Source: Nanobdellota archaeon (GTDB taxonomy: Archaea; Nanobdellota; Nanobdellia; Pacearchaeales; GW2011-AR1). Taken from it: DNA of 49,584 nt. Shown here piece by piece: positions 36,105 to 45,142 of the stretch. How positions within the stretch are numbered: the stretch's first letter is position 1; each line of letters starts with the position of its first letter. The translations under genes and the position numbers were made by a program. The stretch spans positions 1 to 49,584 of the forward strand of contig JAUSIT010000028.1 of assembly GCA_030647965.1 (NCBI GenBank). The letters are read 5' to 3'. The notes beneath the pieces were generated by a model that saw only the letters and a program-made list of their open reading frames with translations, was not told the DNA's origin and made no database searches.

Positions 36105-37318
36105 AAACACTAATATTGTTTATTGATGCATTCAGCTTTACAGATTTAAATGAAAAAAATGCTCCTTTTATTTTTAATCTTGCAAAAAATGGAAGTTATG
36201 GGCCCTTAACAACAATTCCTGCAGGATACCATATTGAATATAGTATGCTTTCAGGTTCTCTTCCACTAAAACATAATGTATGGACATGGTATTATCTTAA
36301 AAAAAATTCTTCATTTTCAAAAATAAAATATATTAAGCCATTAATAAAATTACTGAACAAAAATGAAAAAATGCAAAGAAAATTAATTGATGTTTATATT
36401 AATCTATTAAGACTTTTATCAGGAAAAACAAGATTTTTAAAAACAAACAAGATTCCAATAAATTTGCTTGAAAAATTTGAAATTGCAGTTGACAAATCTT
36501 ATGTTGATCATAATCCATTGAATGTTCCAACACTATTTGATATTTTTAGAAAACAAAATATAAATTATGTTGCAATGGAATATCCAACAATATCAAATAA
36601 AAATAAAACATGGTTTTATTCTGGAAAAGATGATTTCAAACAGCTGGAAAAAACAGAAAAATTGCTTGAAAAATACGATGTTGTTTATAACCATATATGG
36701 AATTTAGATTCAATTGAACATAAATATGGCTTACATAGTGCTGAAGCATTAGAACATATTAAAAAAATTGATTCTTATGTTGAAAAAATAGTATTGAGTC
36801 AAAGAGAACCAATTAAAATAGTAATTTTTTCAGACCATGGCGGATGCAATGTTAATCAAACAAAAAATATACTAGATATTTTAAAAGGATTTAATGTAGA
36901 TTATTTTATTGGTTCAACAACATGCCAGATTTGGTTTAAAGAAGATAACTTAAAAGAAAAAGAGAGACTTAAAAATATTTTAAAAGATCATGATTATTTG
37001 ATTTATGATAAGAAAAATATTGAAAAAGAGCTAAAAATACCATATAAAAGAGAGTTTGTAGGGGATATTTTAGCCTGGGTAAAGCCAGGGGAGCAAATAT
37101 ACCCTGATTTTTTCAGAGATACAGATAAGGTTAAGTCAATGCATGGATATACTCAAAAAGTTCCTGAAATGGCAGGTATTTTTATTATGAATGGGTTTGA
37201 CAAAAAAGATAAAAAAAATAAAATAAAAGAAATGATGCTATATGATATCGCGCCTACAATTTTAAAAGGATTTAATATGGAGATTCCTAAAGAGTGGGAT
37301 GGAAAAGCGAGAGTTTAA
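36101..37318 (+). CDS. Alkaline phosphatase superfamily (nucleotide pyrophosphatase/phosphodiesterase-like) protein
   Basis: FIDA, D..EH.YG, FSDHG, MHGY, DIAPTIL. Confidence 0.85.
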   Translation: MKTLILFIDAFSFTDLNEKNAPFIFNLAKNGSYGPLTTIPAGYHIEYSMLSGSLPLKHNVWTWYYLKKNSSFSKIKYIKPLIKLLNKNEKMQRKLIDVYINLLRLLSGKTRFLKTNKIPINLLEKFEIAVDKSYVDHNPLNVPTLFDIFRKQNINYVAMEYPTISNKNKTWFYSGKDDFKQLEKTEKLLEKYDVVYNHIWNLDSIEHKYGLHSAEALEHIKKIDSYVEKIVLSQREPIKIVIFSDHGGCNVNQTKNILDILKGFNVDYFIGSTTCQIWFKEDNLKEKERLKNILKDHDYLIYDKKNIEKELKIPYKREFVGDILAWVKPGEQIYPDFFRDTDKVKSMHGYTQKVPEMAGIFIMNGFDKKDKKNKIKEMMLYDIAPTILKGFNMEIPKEWDGKARV

Positions 37319-37346
37319 GTTAGTATTTAATTGAATTTATTTTCAT

Positions 37347-38936
37347 TCAACCGCTTACACTTCTATTAAATTCATAAATTACTAAGACAGGAGATTGCTG
37401 GCCTTGTATTGTTTGACTATATGCTTGAACAGGGACTAGTAAATCTTGGTGATTTTGAGGGTATTCTAAAACCCATTGAGGATGACTTTCAAAAACAGAG
37501 AGTATGAAAAATCTTGGATTTAATTTTTCTAATCTATTAATTTCAAAATCAGATTCATTTACACCAAAATCATATGAAGACCTTTCTGAATAGTATTGAA
37601 TTTGAGGCATTGAAGCAGTTATTACAATATCTTGAGGATTTGAATTTTGTTTTAACCATAATCCTGCTTCTTTTACTTCTGCATAAGAAGTTAACTTATT
37701 GTCAATTAAGCCATTTCCAAAAGTATAGTTTGAATAAAATAAAAATATAACTAATACAAAAATAATAAATCCTGCAACTTTTTTGCTTTTAATAAATTTC
37801 TCAGACATATTTTCAAGGGTCATGATGGGGGAAAGTGCAATTAAAAATAAAAATGGAAGACAGGGAATAACATATCTTTGTTCAACATAATCTGTAATTC
37901 TTCCTAAAATTAAAAATGAAGCAACAATCCATACTAAAATAAATAATTTCTTTTGAAGCTCTTGATTTTGAAATATTTTATCAAAACCTAAGACTAAATC
38001 TGAAAAAAAGATGAAAATACCTAGAATAAATAAAATAAATATAATTGGGAACTTATCTGCAGAAAGAATATATGGAAGATTTTTGAAATAATCTAACATT
38101 GTTGAAAAAGATCTTTGATCAGCAGCAGTTTGTTCAATGCCTTGTTTTCCAAATCCAAAATAGTGAGCCATAATGTCTGTAACAGGATTTCCGAAATGCC
38201 CCCAGTATAAAAATAAAAGAGGAAGTAAAACAAGTGCGAAAATAGCTATAGAAATCCATAATTGCTTATTTTTAACAAATTTGAATTTTTCTTTTGTAAA
38301 AGCATAAACTAAAAAAGCAGGAGCAAACATTAAACTCTGCATTCTTGTTAAAGCAGCAAGGGCTAAAAATAATCCAAACAAGTAAATATACTTATTTCCC
38401 TGATTTTTAACATATCCTTTCCAAAAAAACAAAGTTGCTGTTAAAAGAAAAAAAGCAGCAGGAATTTCTGTTAAAGTTCTTCCTGTAAAAAATAAAATTG
38501 TCCAGGATAAAACCATGCCTATACTTACATATAAAGAAATTTTTTTATTAAACATTTCACTAATTAATAAATAGGTAACTAAAACCAATCCTGTTGAAAA
38601 TAAAACTGCTACAAATCTTATTCCTGTTTCTCCAAATCCTAATTTAAATAAAAATGCGCAAATTAAAGGAAATAAAAAACCCCTCCTATAGTACCATATA
38701 TCTAAAAGATTAAGACCAAGACCCCATTGTTTTGCAGTTGCTAAATAACTTGCCCCATCATACCATAGTGGCTGATTCATTGTTTTAAGAAAAATTAAAA
38801 ATCTAATGACAAAAGCTGCGATTAAAATTAAGATAAAAACTCTGGTATAAGGATCTTTAAACCATGAAGAAATTTTATCTTTAAATTTGTTTTTTCTCTG
38901 CTCAATTATTTCGTTAGATTCACTTGAATTTTCCAT
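37347..38936 (-). CDS. GT-C fold glycosyltransferase (PMT/ArnT-like)
   Basis: LWYDGASY, multi-TM, QRYVIP.LPF, soluble C-domain. Confidence 0.85.
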   Translation of the reverse strand: MENSSESNEIIEQRKNKFKDKISSWFKDPYTRVFILILIAAFVIRFLIFLKTMNQPLWYDGASYLATAKQWGLGLNLLDIWYYRRGFLFPLICAFLFKLGFGETGIRFVAVLFSTGLVLVTYLLISEMFNKKISLYVSIGMVLSWTILFFTGRTLTEIPAAFFLLTATLFFWKGYVKNQGNKYIYLFGLFLALAALTRMQSLMFAPAFLVYAFTKEKFKFVKNKQLWISIAIFALVLLPLLFLYWGHFGNPVTDIMAHYFGFGKQGIEQTAADQRSFSTMLDYFKNLPYILSADKFPIIFILFILGIFIFFSDLVLGFDKIFQNQELQKKLFILVWIVASFLILGRITDYVEQRYVIPCLPFLFLIALSPIMTLENMSEKFIKSKKVAGFIIFVLVIFLFYSNYTFGNGLIDNKLTSYAEVKEAGLWLKQNSNPQDIVITASMPQIQYYSERSSYDFGVNESDFEINRLEKLNPRFFILSVFESHPQWVLEYPQNHQDLLVPVQAYSQTIQGQQSPVLVIYEFNRSVSG

Positions 38937-39022
38937 TAATATTCTTGTATAATTGGGTTTTTATTTATTACTTATATGAGAAAAATTCATTTAAAAGAAT
39001 TTATGTAGGGGATTTTAGGTGA

Positions 39023-39910
39023 TTATTTTGTGCTTTCTACCCTATCCCATGCATCCACTTTATAGTCTTTTTTTACATATAATTTAAAGAAACTAACTAG
39101 CCAGATGTATAATCTAAAAGGAAATAAGCTTAGTGTCCAATAAAACTCTTTAAAACTTTTATGATATGAAAATATTTTATAGCTTTCAAGAATTTCATTT
39201 TTCAGTGTTTTCATTCTTGGAACATTTTTTAAATCTGCATATTGAGAAAGAGTTTCATGAGCTTTAGCTGTTCTCTTTTTTTGATCTAAAAAATCTTTTA
39301 AATTAGAGGGATATTTAACATAAACTTCTGCTTGAGGAACATATTTTATTTTATAGCCTTTTTGATAAAATAATATCGGGACAATTGTATCTTCTGCTGT
39401 TTCCTGAGGAATAGACTTAATAACATTATTTCTAAATGCCCATAAATAACCTGAACATTCTAAAAATTTTCCTTTTTTATTTCTGTCAAATCTTAATCTA
39501 TGAGCTGCATAGCATAATAAATGAGCCCAGTACCCATATTTATTATCTTTAGAATTTGATGGAACTGGCTGGCCTGTAACACATCCAACTTCTTTATTTT
39601 CAAATTCTTTTAAGATTTCATTTATTGAATTTTCAGATGCATAAACATCCCCATCAGTCAAAACAATTATATTTCCTTTTAACTTTGGCAATAGCAAATT
39701 TAAAGCAAAAGTTTTGCCTTTTCCAGGGTCTTGAAAAACCTTTATTTTTTTGTTCTTTTTTGCATAGCTTTTTGCAACATCTATTGTTTCTTTATCTGGA
39801 GCAGAAACTATTAATTCGTATTTTTCTTTAATATTCTGGCGTGTTATTGCAGATATTGCCTTGCCTATTGTTTCTGGCTCCTTATAGGAGGTTATGATTA
39901 TTGAGATCAT
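39023..39910 (-). CDS. GT2 glycosyltransferase
   Basis: GK..ALN, TDGD, AED, QKKR. Confidence 0.9.
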   Translation of the reverse strand: MISIIITSYKEPETIGKAISAITRQNIKEKYELIVSAPDKETIDVAKSYAKKNKKIKVFQDPGKGKTFALNLLLPKLKGNIIVLTDGDVYASENSINEILKEFENKEVGCVTGQPVPSNSKDNKYGYWAHLLCYAAHRLRFDRNKKGKFLECSGYLWAFRNNVIKSIPQETAEDTIVPILFYQKGYKIKYVPQAEVYVKYPSNLKDFLDQKKRTAKAHETLSQYADLKNVPRMKTLKNEILESYKIFSYHKSFKEFYWTLSLFPFRLYIWLVSFFKLYVKKDYKVDAWDRVESTK

Positions 39911-39960
39911 AATCAACAAACTACCGATAGATTTAAATATGTTTTTAGAAAGTTTATTTT

Positions 39961-40350
39961 ATGAAATACCCATTAGATGAGCTAATTGACAAGAAGTCAA
40001 TAATTCAGCTTAAAACAGAAAGAATTGAAGATAGTACTGACAGGGAAAGATTAAAGGGGGAGTTAAAAGATTATTCTCAAGCTATTGAAGAGTATATTCT
40101 AGGGGAGGTTTGCAATCCTGAACAAGTTCAAAATTGGTATAAAAGACTTTATGAAGCAAATGGAAAAACATGGGATTTAGAAGTAAATATAAGAAAAGGC
40201 CAGCTCGGGACAATGAGCTTAGAAGAAGTTGGAAGAACTGCAATTAAAATAAGAGAATCAAATGGAGTAAGAGTTAAAATAAAAAGTGAGATTGTAGAAG
40301 CAACAGGAATTGGATATAAAGATATTAAGATTAATCATGCTTCTCAATAG
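39961..40350 (+). CDS. Helical hypothetical protein (DUF6165/DUF4254-like)
   Basis: ELIDK.SI..LK.ERI, N...WDLE..IR, N..R...K..I pattern. Confidence 0.6.
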   Translation: MKYPLDELIDKKSIIQLKTERIEDSTDRERLKGELKDYSQAIEEYILGEVCNPEQVQNWYKRLYEANGKTWDLEVNIRKGQLGTMSLEEVGRTAIKIRESNGVRVKIKSEIVEATGIGYKDIKINHASQ

Positions 40351-41718
40351 TTATAGATCAAAACCATAAAGTTCTTTATCTGCTGTTTTTCTAAAATTTT
40401 TATACATTCTTGAATAAGTTTCATTTACTTCTTTGTTTGGAATTTCTAAAAGTTCAATTAATCTTTCTTGAGTATAGACTTCAGGATATTTAACTGCTAA
40501 TGCAAATAATTTCTGAAGATTTACTCTTTCATTTTTATTTGGAATTTCAATAACAGACTGATCAAAAAAATTATTTCCTATATCTGAAAAATCTCCTTTG
40601 TAAACTCCTTCCTTAACACATCTTTCACCTAATTCTGTTTTTGGATAGGGCTGAAATAAACTAACCCAAGAATAATTTGGCTGGCACTGCCTATTTAATT
40701 CTAAAGTTTCTAAATCATCTTCTAAACTAGTGAACGGCAAGCCGATTATATTTTGAAGCATTACTTTAATCCCTTTTTCTTTTAATTTTTTAACAGAATC
40801 TATTATTTGTTCATTAGTCATATTTCTATTTAATATATTTCTTCTTACATAGTCAGAGCCTGCTTCAGAAGCTATATGAACACTATAACATCCTGCATCT
40901 GAAAGAGAATTAATAATTTCATCATTTACTAAATTTGCTCTTAAGTGTGAATGAAATGGCAAATTTATTTTTTGTTTATATTTTTCTGAAAATTCTTTAA
41001 CCCATTCTTTATTTAAAATAAAAGTATCATCTTGAAAATAAATAAATTTTGTAGGAGATTCTTCAACTACTTGTTTAACTTCGTCTAAAAGATTATCAAC
41101 AGATCTAAATCTTACTCTTTTTCCTTTATCTTGATATATTTCTGAATAAGATGCATTAAAACAATAAGAACAATTAAATGGGCATCCCCTTGAAGCAATA
41201 AAATGTTTTATAGGCCCATCACCAATATTAGGATATTTAAAAACAAGTTCTCTATCTGGAAATGAAATTTCATCAAGATTAGCAATTAAATTTCTAGGAG
41301 GATTAGAATAAATTTTATTATCTTTTTTGACCCATAAATTTTGAATATTAGTAATATCCTGTTTTTTTTCAAGTTTATTACATAACTCTGAAAAAGAAAG
41401 TTCTCCTTCTCCAATATTTATTGCATCAAAACTTGAATCTTTAAACCATTCTGGAAAAAATGTAGGGTGAGGCCCCCCTGCAATTGAAAATTTATCATAT
41501 TTTTTTAGTTGGCGATTAGTATTATCAAAAAATTGATGGTCTCCTGTAATCAAGCTATAAGCCAGTATATCTGGAGAAAACTCTTCTACCTTATTTTCTA
41601 AATTTTCTGTTGTTAGTACTAAATCTGTTGAATGGCCCTGTTTTTTTAGTGAAGATGAAAGGTACATCACCCCTAAAGGTTCGATATTAAAAGGCTTTGA
41701 AATAAATAATACCTTCAT
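40351..41718 (-). CDS. B12-binding-domain radical SAM protein
   Basis: EPLG.MYL, GGPHPT, GEGE, SRGCPFNCSYC, DDTF. Confidence 0.92.
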   Translation of the reverse strand: MKVLFISKPFNIEPLGVMYLSSSLKKQGHSTDLVLTTENLENKVEEFSPDILAYSLITGDHQFFDNTNRQLKKYDKFSIAGGPHPTFFPEWFKDSSFDAINIGEGELSFSELCNKLEKKQDITNIQNLWVKKDNKIYSNPPRNLIANLDEISFPDRELVFKYPNIGDGPIKHFIASRGCPFNCSYCFNASYSEIYQDKGKRVRFRSVDNLLDEVKQVVEESPTKFIYFQDDTFILNKEWVKEFSEKYKQKINLPFHSHLRANLVNDEIINSLSDAGCYSVHIASEAGSDYVRRNILNRNMTNEQIIDSVKKLKEKGIKVMLQNIIGLPFTSLEDDLETLELNRQCQPNYSWVSLFQPYPKTELGERCVKEGVYKGDFSDIGNNFFDQSVIEIPNKNERVNLQKLFALAVKYPEVYTQERLIELLEIPNKEVNETYSRMYKNFRKTADKELYGFDL

Positions 41719-41793
41719 GCTAAATGCACAATAATAATGTTTATAAATTTAATAATCTATTTTCGTAATTGTATAAAGGTAACAAAATAACCA

Positions 41794-43671
41794 ATGAAAG
41801 CACTAATACTCGCTGGCGGAAGAGGAAGCCGGTTAAACGAATTAACAAAAGACAAAAACAAAAGCATGTTAGAACTATTTGAAAAACCCCTTATTGAGTA
41901 TAATTTAGGGCATGCTTTTGAAGCAGGTGTTGGCGAGATTATAATTGTTGTGGGTTATAAAAAAGAAGATATTATCAAATATGTAGGAAATAGCTATAAG
42001 GGGATAAAAGTCAGCTATGTTGTTCAAAAAGAGCAAAGAGGGGTTGTTAATGCTATTGAAAGTGCAAGAAAAGCAATTGGAAAAAGTGATTTTATTCTTA
42101 TGCTGGCTGATGAAATAGTTGTTGATGCAAAATTAAAAGAAATGGCTGAAAAATTTAAAAAACAAGAGCTTTTTGGAATTTGTGGAGTAACTTTTGAAAC
42201 AGATAAATCCAGCATTGGAAAGACTTATTCTTCAATGGTTAATGAAAAAGGAAGAGTTTTCAGGTTAATAGAAAAACCAAGATTCCCAATAAATAACATT
42301 AAAGGAACAGGGCATTGTATTTTGAAAAATGAAATTTTAGATTATATTGAAAGAACCCCTATAAATGCAAACAGGGGAGAAAGAGAGTTAGTTGATTTAA
42401 TTCAGTGTGCTGTTGATGAAGGAAAAAAAGTTTATGTTTATCCTATAACAAAAGCTTATGTTAATGCAAATACACAAGAAGATTTTGATTTAGCAAAAGA
42501 AATGATTAAAAAATCAAATCCAAGAGTTTTAATTGTTCATACTCAAATGAAATATTTAGGTGGAGCTGAATTGCTTATTGTAGAATTATGCAACTGGCTG
42601 ACAAAAAAAGGAGTAAAAAATGACATATTAGCTTTATCAAAATCAAAAGAAGTTGAAAATTCTCTAATTAATACAAATATAATTATCCCAAAGCACAATA
42701 TTGATTTGTCTCCCCCTGGATTTAAAAATTCTAAAGATATTTTAGATTTTATAAAAGTATATAGAGGAGAATTAAGAAAATTAGCAAAAGAATATGATGT
42801 TATTAATTTTCATAATTTTCCTGCAACTTGGACATTATTTCCAAGAAAAAAACCTTGTGTCTGGATGTTAAATGAACCTCCAAATTTATGGAGCAAGCCA
42901 AATGCAAGCTTTTCATTGAAAATGCTAAATAAAATAAGAAATTATGTAGATAGAGAAATTATTAGAAATTCAGTAGATATTATTTGTGTTGCAGACGATT
43001 TTAACAAAGAAAGAGCAAAAATAAGATATAAGAAAAATCCAAGACTTTTTTATTATGGTGTTAATTATGATTTTTTCTCTAAAGGAAATGCTGAAAAAGC
43101 AAGAAAAAAATTTAATTTAAAAAATAAATTTATAGTTATTCAATCTGGAATGCTTACTGAACAAAAAAATCAACTAGAAAGCATAAAAACAATTAACCAT
43201 GTAAAAAAAGAAATTCCAAATATCTTGCTAGTTTTAGCTGGAAAAGCAGATGAAGATTATAAGAAAAAATTAAATAATTATATTTTAAAAAATAATTTAG
43301 AAAAATATGTTTTATTTACAGATAATTTAAACAGAGAAGACTTAAGAGATTTATATGAGGCAAGTGATGTAGGTTTATTTCCTATTGGAAAGCAAGGAGG
43401 ATGGCTTGCACCATTTGAAATGCTTTGTTCTGAAAATCCAATAATTGTTTCAGAAGATTTAGGTGCTGCTTCTATAATTAAGAAAAATGAATTAGGTAGT
43501 GTAACAAATAATTATACAGATGCACTAATTAAAATTTATAAAAATAAACAAGAATATAAAGATCAGGCAAAAAAAGCTGCATTATGGATTAGTAAAAATC
43601 TTGGATGGAATGTTTTTGCAGACAAAATGATTAAGGCATATAAAGATGCATGGAAGATGCATCGGGGATAA
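41794..43671 (+). CDS. Sugar-phosphate nucleotidyltransferase fused to GT4 glycosyltransferase
   Basis: LAGGRGSRL..LT...K, EKP, RGE.ELVD; then GGAE, KNQ, PFE GT-B domain. Confidence 0.9.
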   Translation: MKALILAGGRGSRLNELTKDKNKSMLELFEKPLIEYNLGHAFEAGVGEIIIVVGYKKEDIIKYVGNSYKGIKVSYVVQKEQRGVVNAIESARKAIGKSDFILMLADEIVVDAKLKEMAEKFKKQELFGICGVTFETDKSSIGKTYSSMVNEKGRVFRLIEKPRFPINNIKGTGHCILKNEILDYIERTPINANRGERELVDLIQCAVDEGKKVYVYPITKAYVNANTQEDFDLAKEMIKKSNPRVLIVHTQMKYLGGAELLIVELCNWLTKKGVKNDILALSKSKEVENSLINTNIIIPKHNIDLSPPGFKNSKDILDFIKVYRGELRKLAKEYDVINFHNFPATWTLFPRKKPCVWMLNEPPNLWSKPNASFSLKMLNKIRNYVDREIIRNSVDIICVADDFNKERAKIRYKKNPRLFYYGVNYDFFSKGNAEKARKKFNLKNKFIVIQSGMLTEQKNQLESIKTINHVKKEIPNILLVLAGKADEDYKKKLNNYILKNNLEKYVLFTDNLNREDLRDLYEASDVGLFPIGKQGGWLAPFEMLCSENPIIVSEDLGAASIIKKNELGSVTNNYTDALIKIYKNKQEYKDQAKKAALWISKNLGWNVFADKMIKAYKDAWKMHRG

Positions 43672-43687
43672 AAATTTTCTAATAATT

Positions 43688-43910
43688 TGATGCTCGCTTC
43701 GCTCGCATATGATGTGCCTGATGGCAAGATATATGAAATTTTCTAGCAAAAATTACGATTTATTAATAATTCTGATACAGAATTTCTGGGTAGGATTTTT
43801 ACTAATAAATCGTTAGGAGACGCCAAAAAGTTTTACTCTTACAATAAGTAACGATAATAGAAGAGTAAAACTTTTTCAGTCGACTTAGTATTATCACAAA
43901 GTGCTAAATT
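43688..43910 (+). repeat. Family A repeat, copy 3, with nested 52 bp hairpin (43825-43876)
   Basis: Homologous to the 28.3 kb and 22.1 kb copies. Confidence 0.9.
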
Positions 43911-43914
43911 CTAG

Positions 43915-45054
43915 TCAATGATTTAATTTTTTACACTCACCTAATTCATAAGCAGGGCATAATGTGCATTGTTTTGGAACTTTGTTTTCTCTGATTAATT
44001 TTCTCATTTGCTTGTATTCATCTGAATACCAGATTTCTTTAAATGGTTTTTCAAAAACATTTCCCAGAGCAAGATTTTTCTGCCACTCTCTTGCATTTGC
44101 TTCATTTTGGCCACAGCAAGGAGTTACATGACCTGTAACAAAAATAAATGGCATTATGTACTCTTTACAATTTCTTATTGGAGGTTTGCATGAAAGGCCT
44201 TCTGCGTCTTGTTTTGCAGACATATTAACTGTTATTGGAATTTTGTATTGTGCAGCCCTTTCATTAATTTTTCTTACATATTCCTGATCAATTTTAACTT
44301 CATATTTTTTTGCTTCTTTATATCCATGAAGCAAAGGAGTTACTAGTATCTCTCCAACTTCTGTATCTAAAGAATGAACCATATCAATAAAATCTAGTAT
44401 TTCATCTTTTGATTTACTTGTAACAATATAATGAAAATTAATTATTGGAAATCTTTTTTTCATTTGTTTTTTCAACTGAACAAATGTTTTAAGATTTTTT
44501 ATTAATTTATCATAATCACTTCCAACACAAATTGATTCAAAAGATTTTTTTGAAGCACCATATACTGAAAGAAATTGAAAGTCAGGCCCAACTTCAATTA
44601 ATTCTTTTATTTGCTCATCATTTTTAAAATGAGAAAAGTGGTCAAAGACTTCTATTATTGTTCCTCTTGATTTTGCATAGGCCATCATTTTATGATAGTC
44701 TGGATTTAAATAAGAAGAACCTATTCCGGTTAAGCCCAACCATTTTGGTCTTCCAAAATCATCCATTATTTTTCTAAATTGTTCAAAAGTCATATTTTTT
44801 GAAGGCTCTTTCCAATAAGTATGCTCGCAGCACCGACAACGGAAATTACAAACTGTTGTTGGTTCTATTTCTAAAAAAGGAAGAAATAAATCAATTCCTA
44901 ATTTTGGAAAAAGTTTGTTTAATAAAAAAGAAGAGGATTTTCTATTCCACCATAATGGATAAACCCAAAACATATTATATATTTCTCTGAATTTTCGCTC
45001 TAATATAAAATTAGACAGCATTTTCATTTTATGTGTAAAAGACATTGATGGCAT
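43915..45054 (-). CDS. Radical SAM/SPASM protein
   Basis: EPTTVCNFRCRCC; C...GHVTPCC...LGNV...IW...CTLC. Confidence 0.92.
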   Translation of the reverse strand: MPSMSFTHKMKMLSNFILERKFREIYNMFWVYPLWWNRKSSSFLLNKLFPKLGIDLFLPFLEIEPTTVCNFRCRCCEHTYWKEPSKNMTFEQFRKIMDDFGRPKWLGLTGIGSSYLNPDYHKMMAYAKSRGTIIEVFDHFSHFKNDEQIKELIEVGPDFQFLSVYGASKKSFESICVGSDYDKLIKNLKTFVQLKKQMKKRFPIINFHYIVTSKSKDEILDFIDMVHSLDTEVGEILVTPLLHGYKEAKKYEVKIDQEYVRKINERAAQYKIPITVNMSAKQDAEGLSCKPPIRNCKEYIMPFIFVTGHVTPCCGQNEANAREWQKNLALGNVFEKPFKEIWYSDEYKQMRKLIRENKVPKQCTLCPAYELGECKKLNH

Positions 45055-45142
45055 AAAAGAAATAAAAAAAAGATGTTTATAAAGATAATTGAACTATTAT
45101 GAATATCTAAATATTTTTAAAGAGAAATATACATTTTTTTCC

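Noticed and set aside
22104-43910. CRISPR array or integron attC interpretation of the repeats
   Set aside because: Copies are dispersed, not regularly spaced; no spacers, cas genes or integrase; the repeats do not follow each gene.
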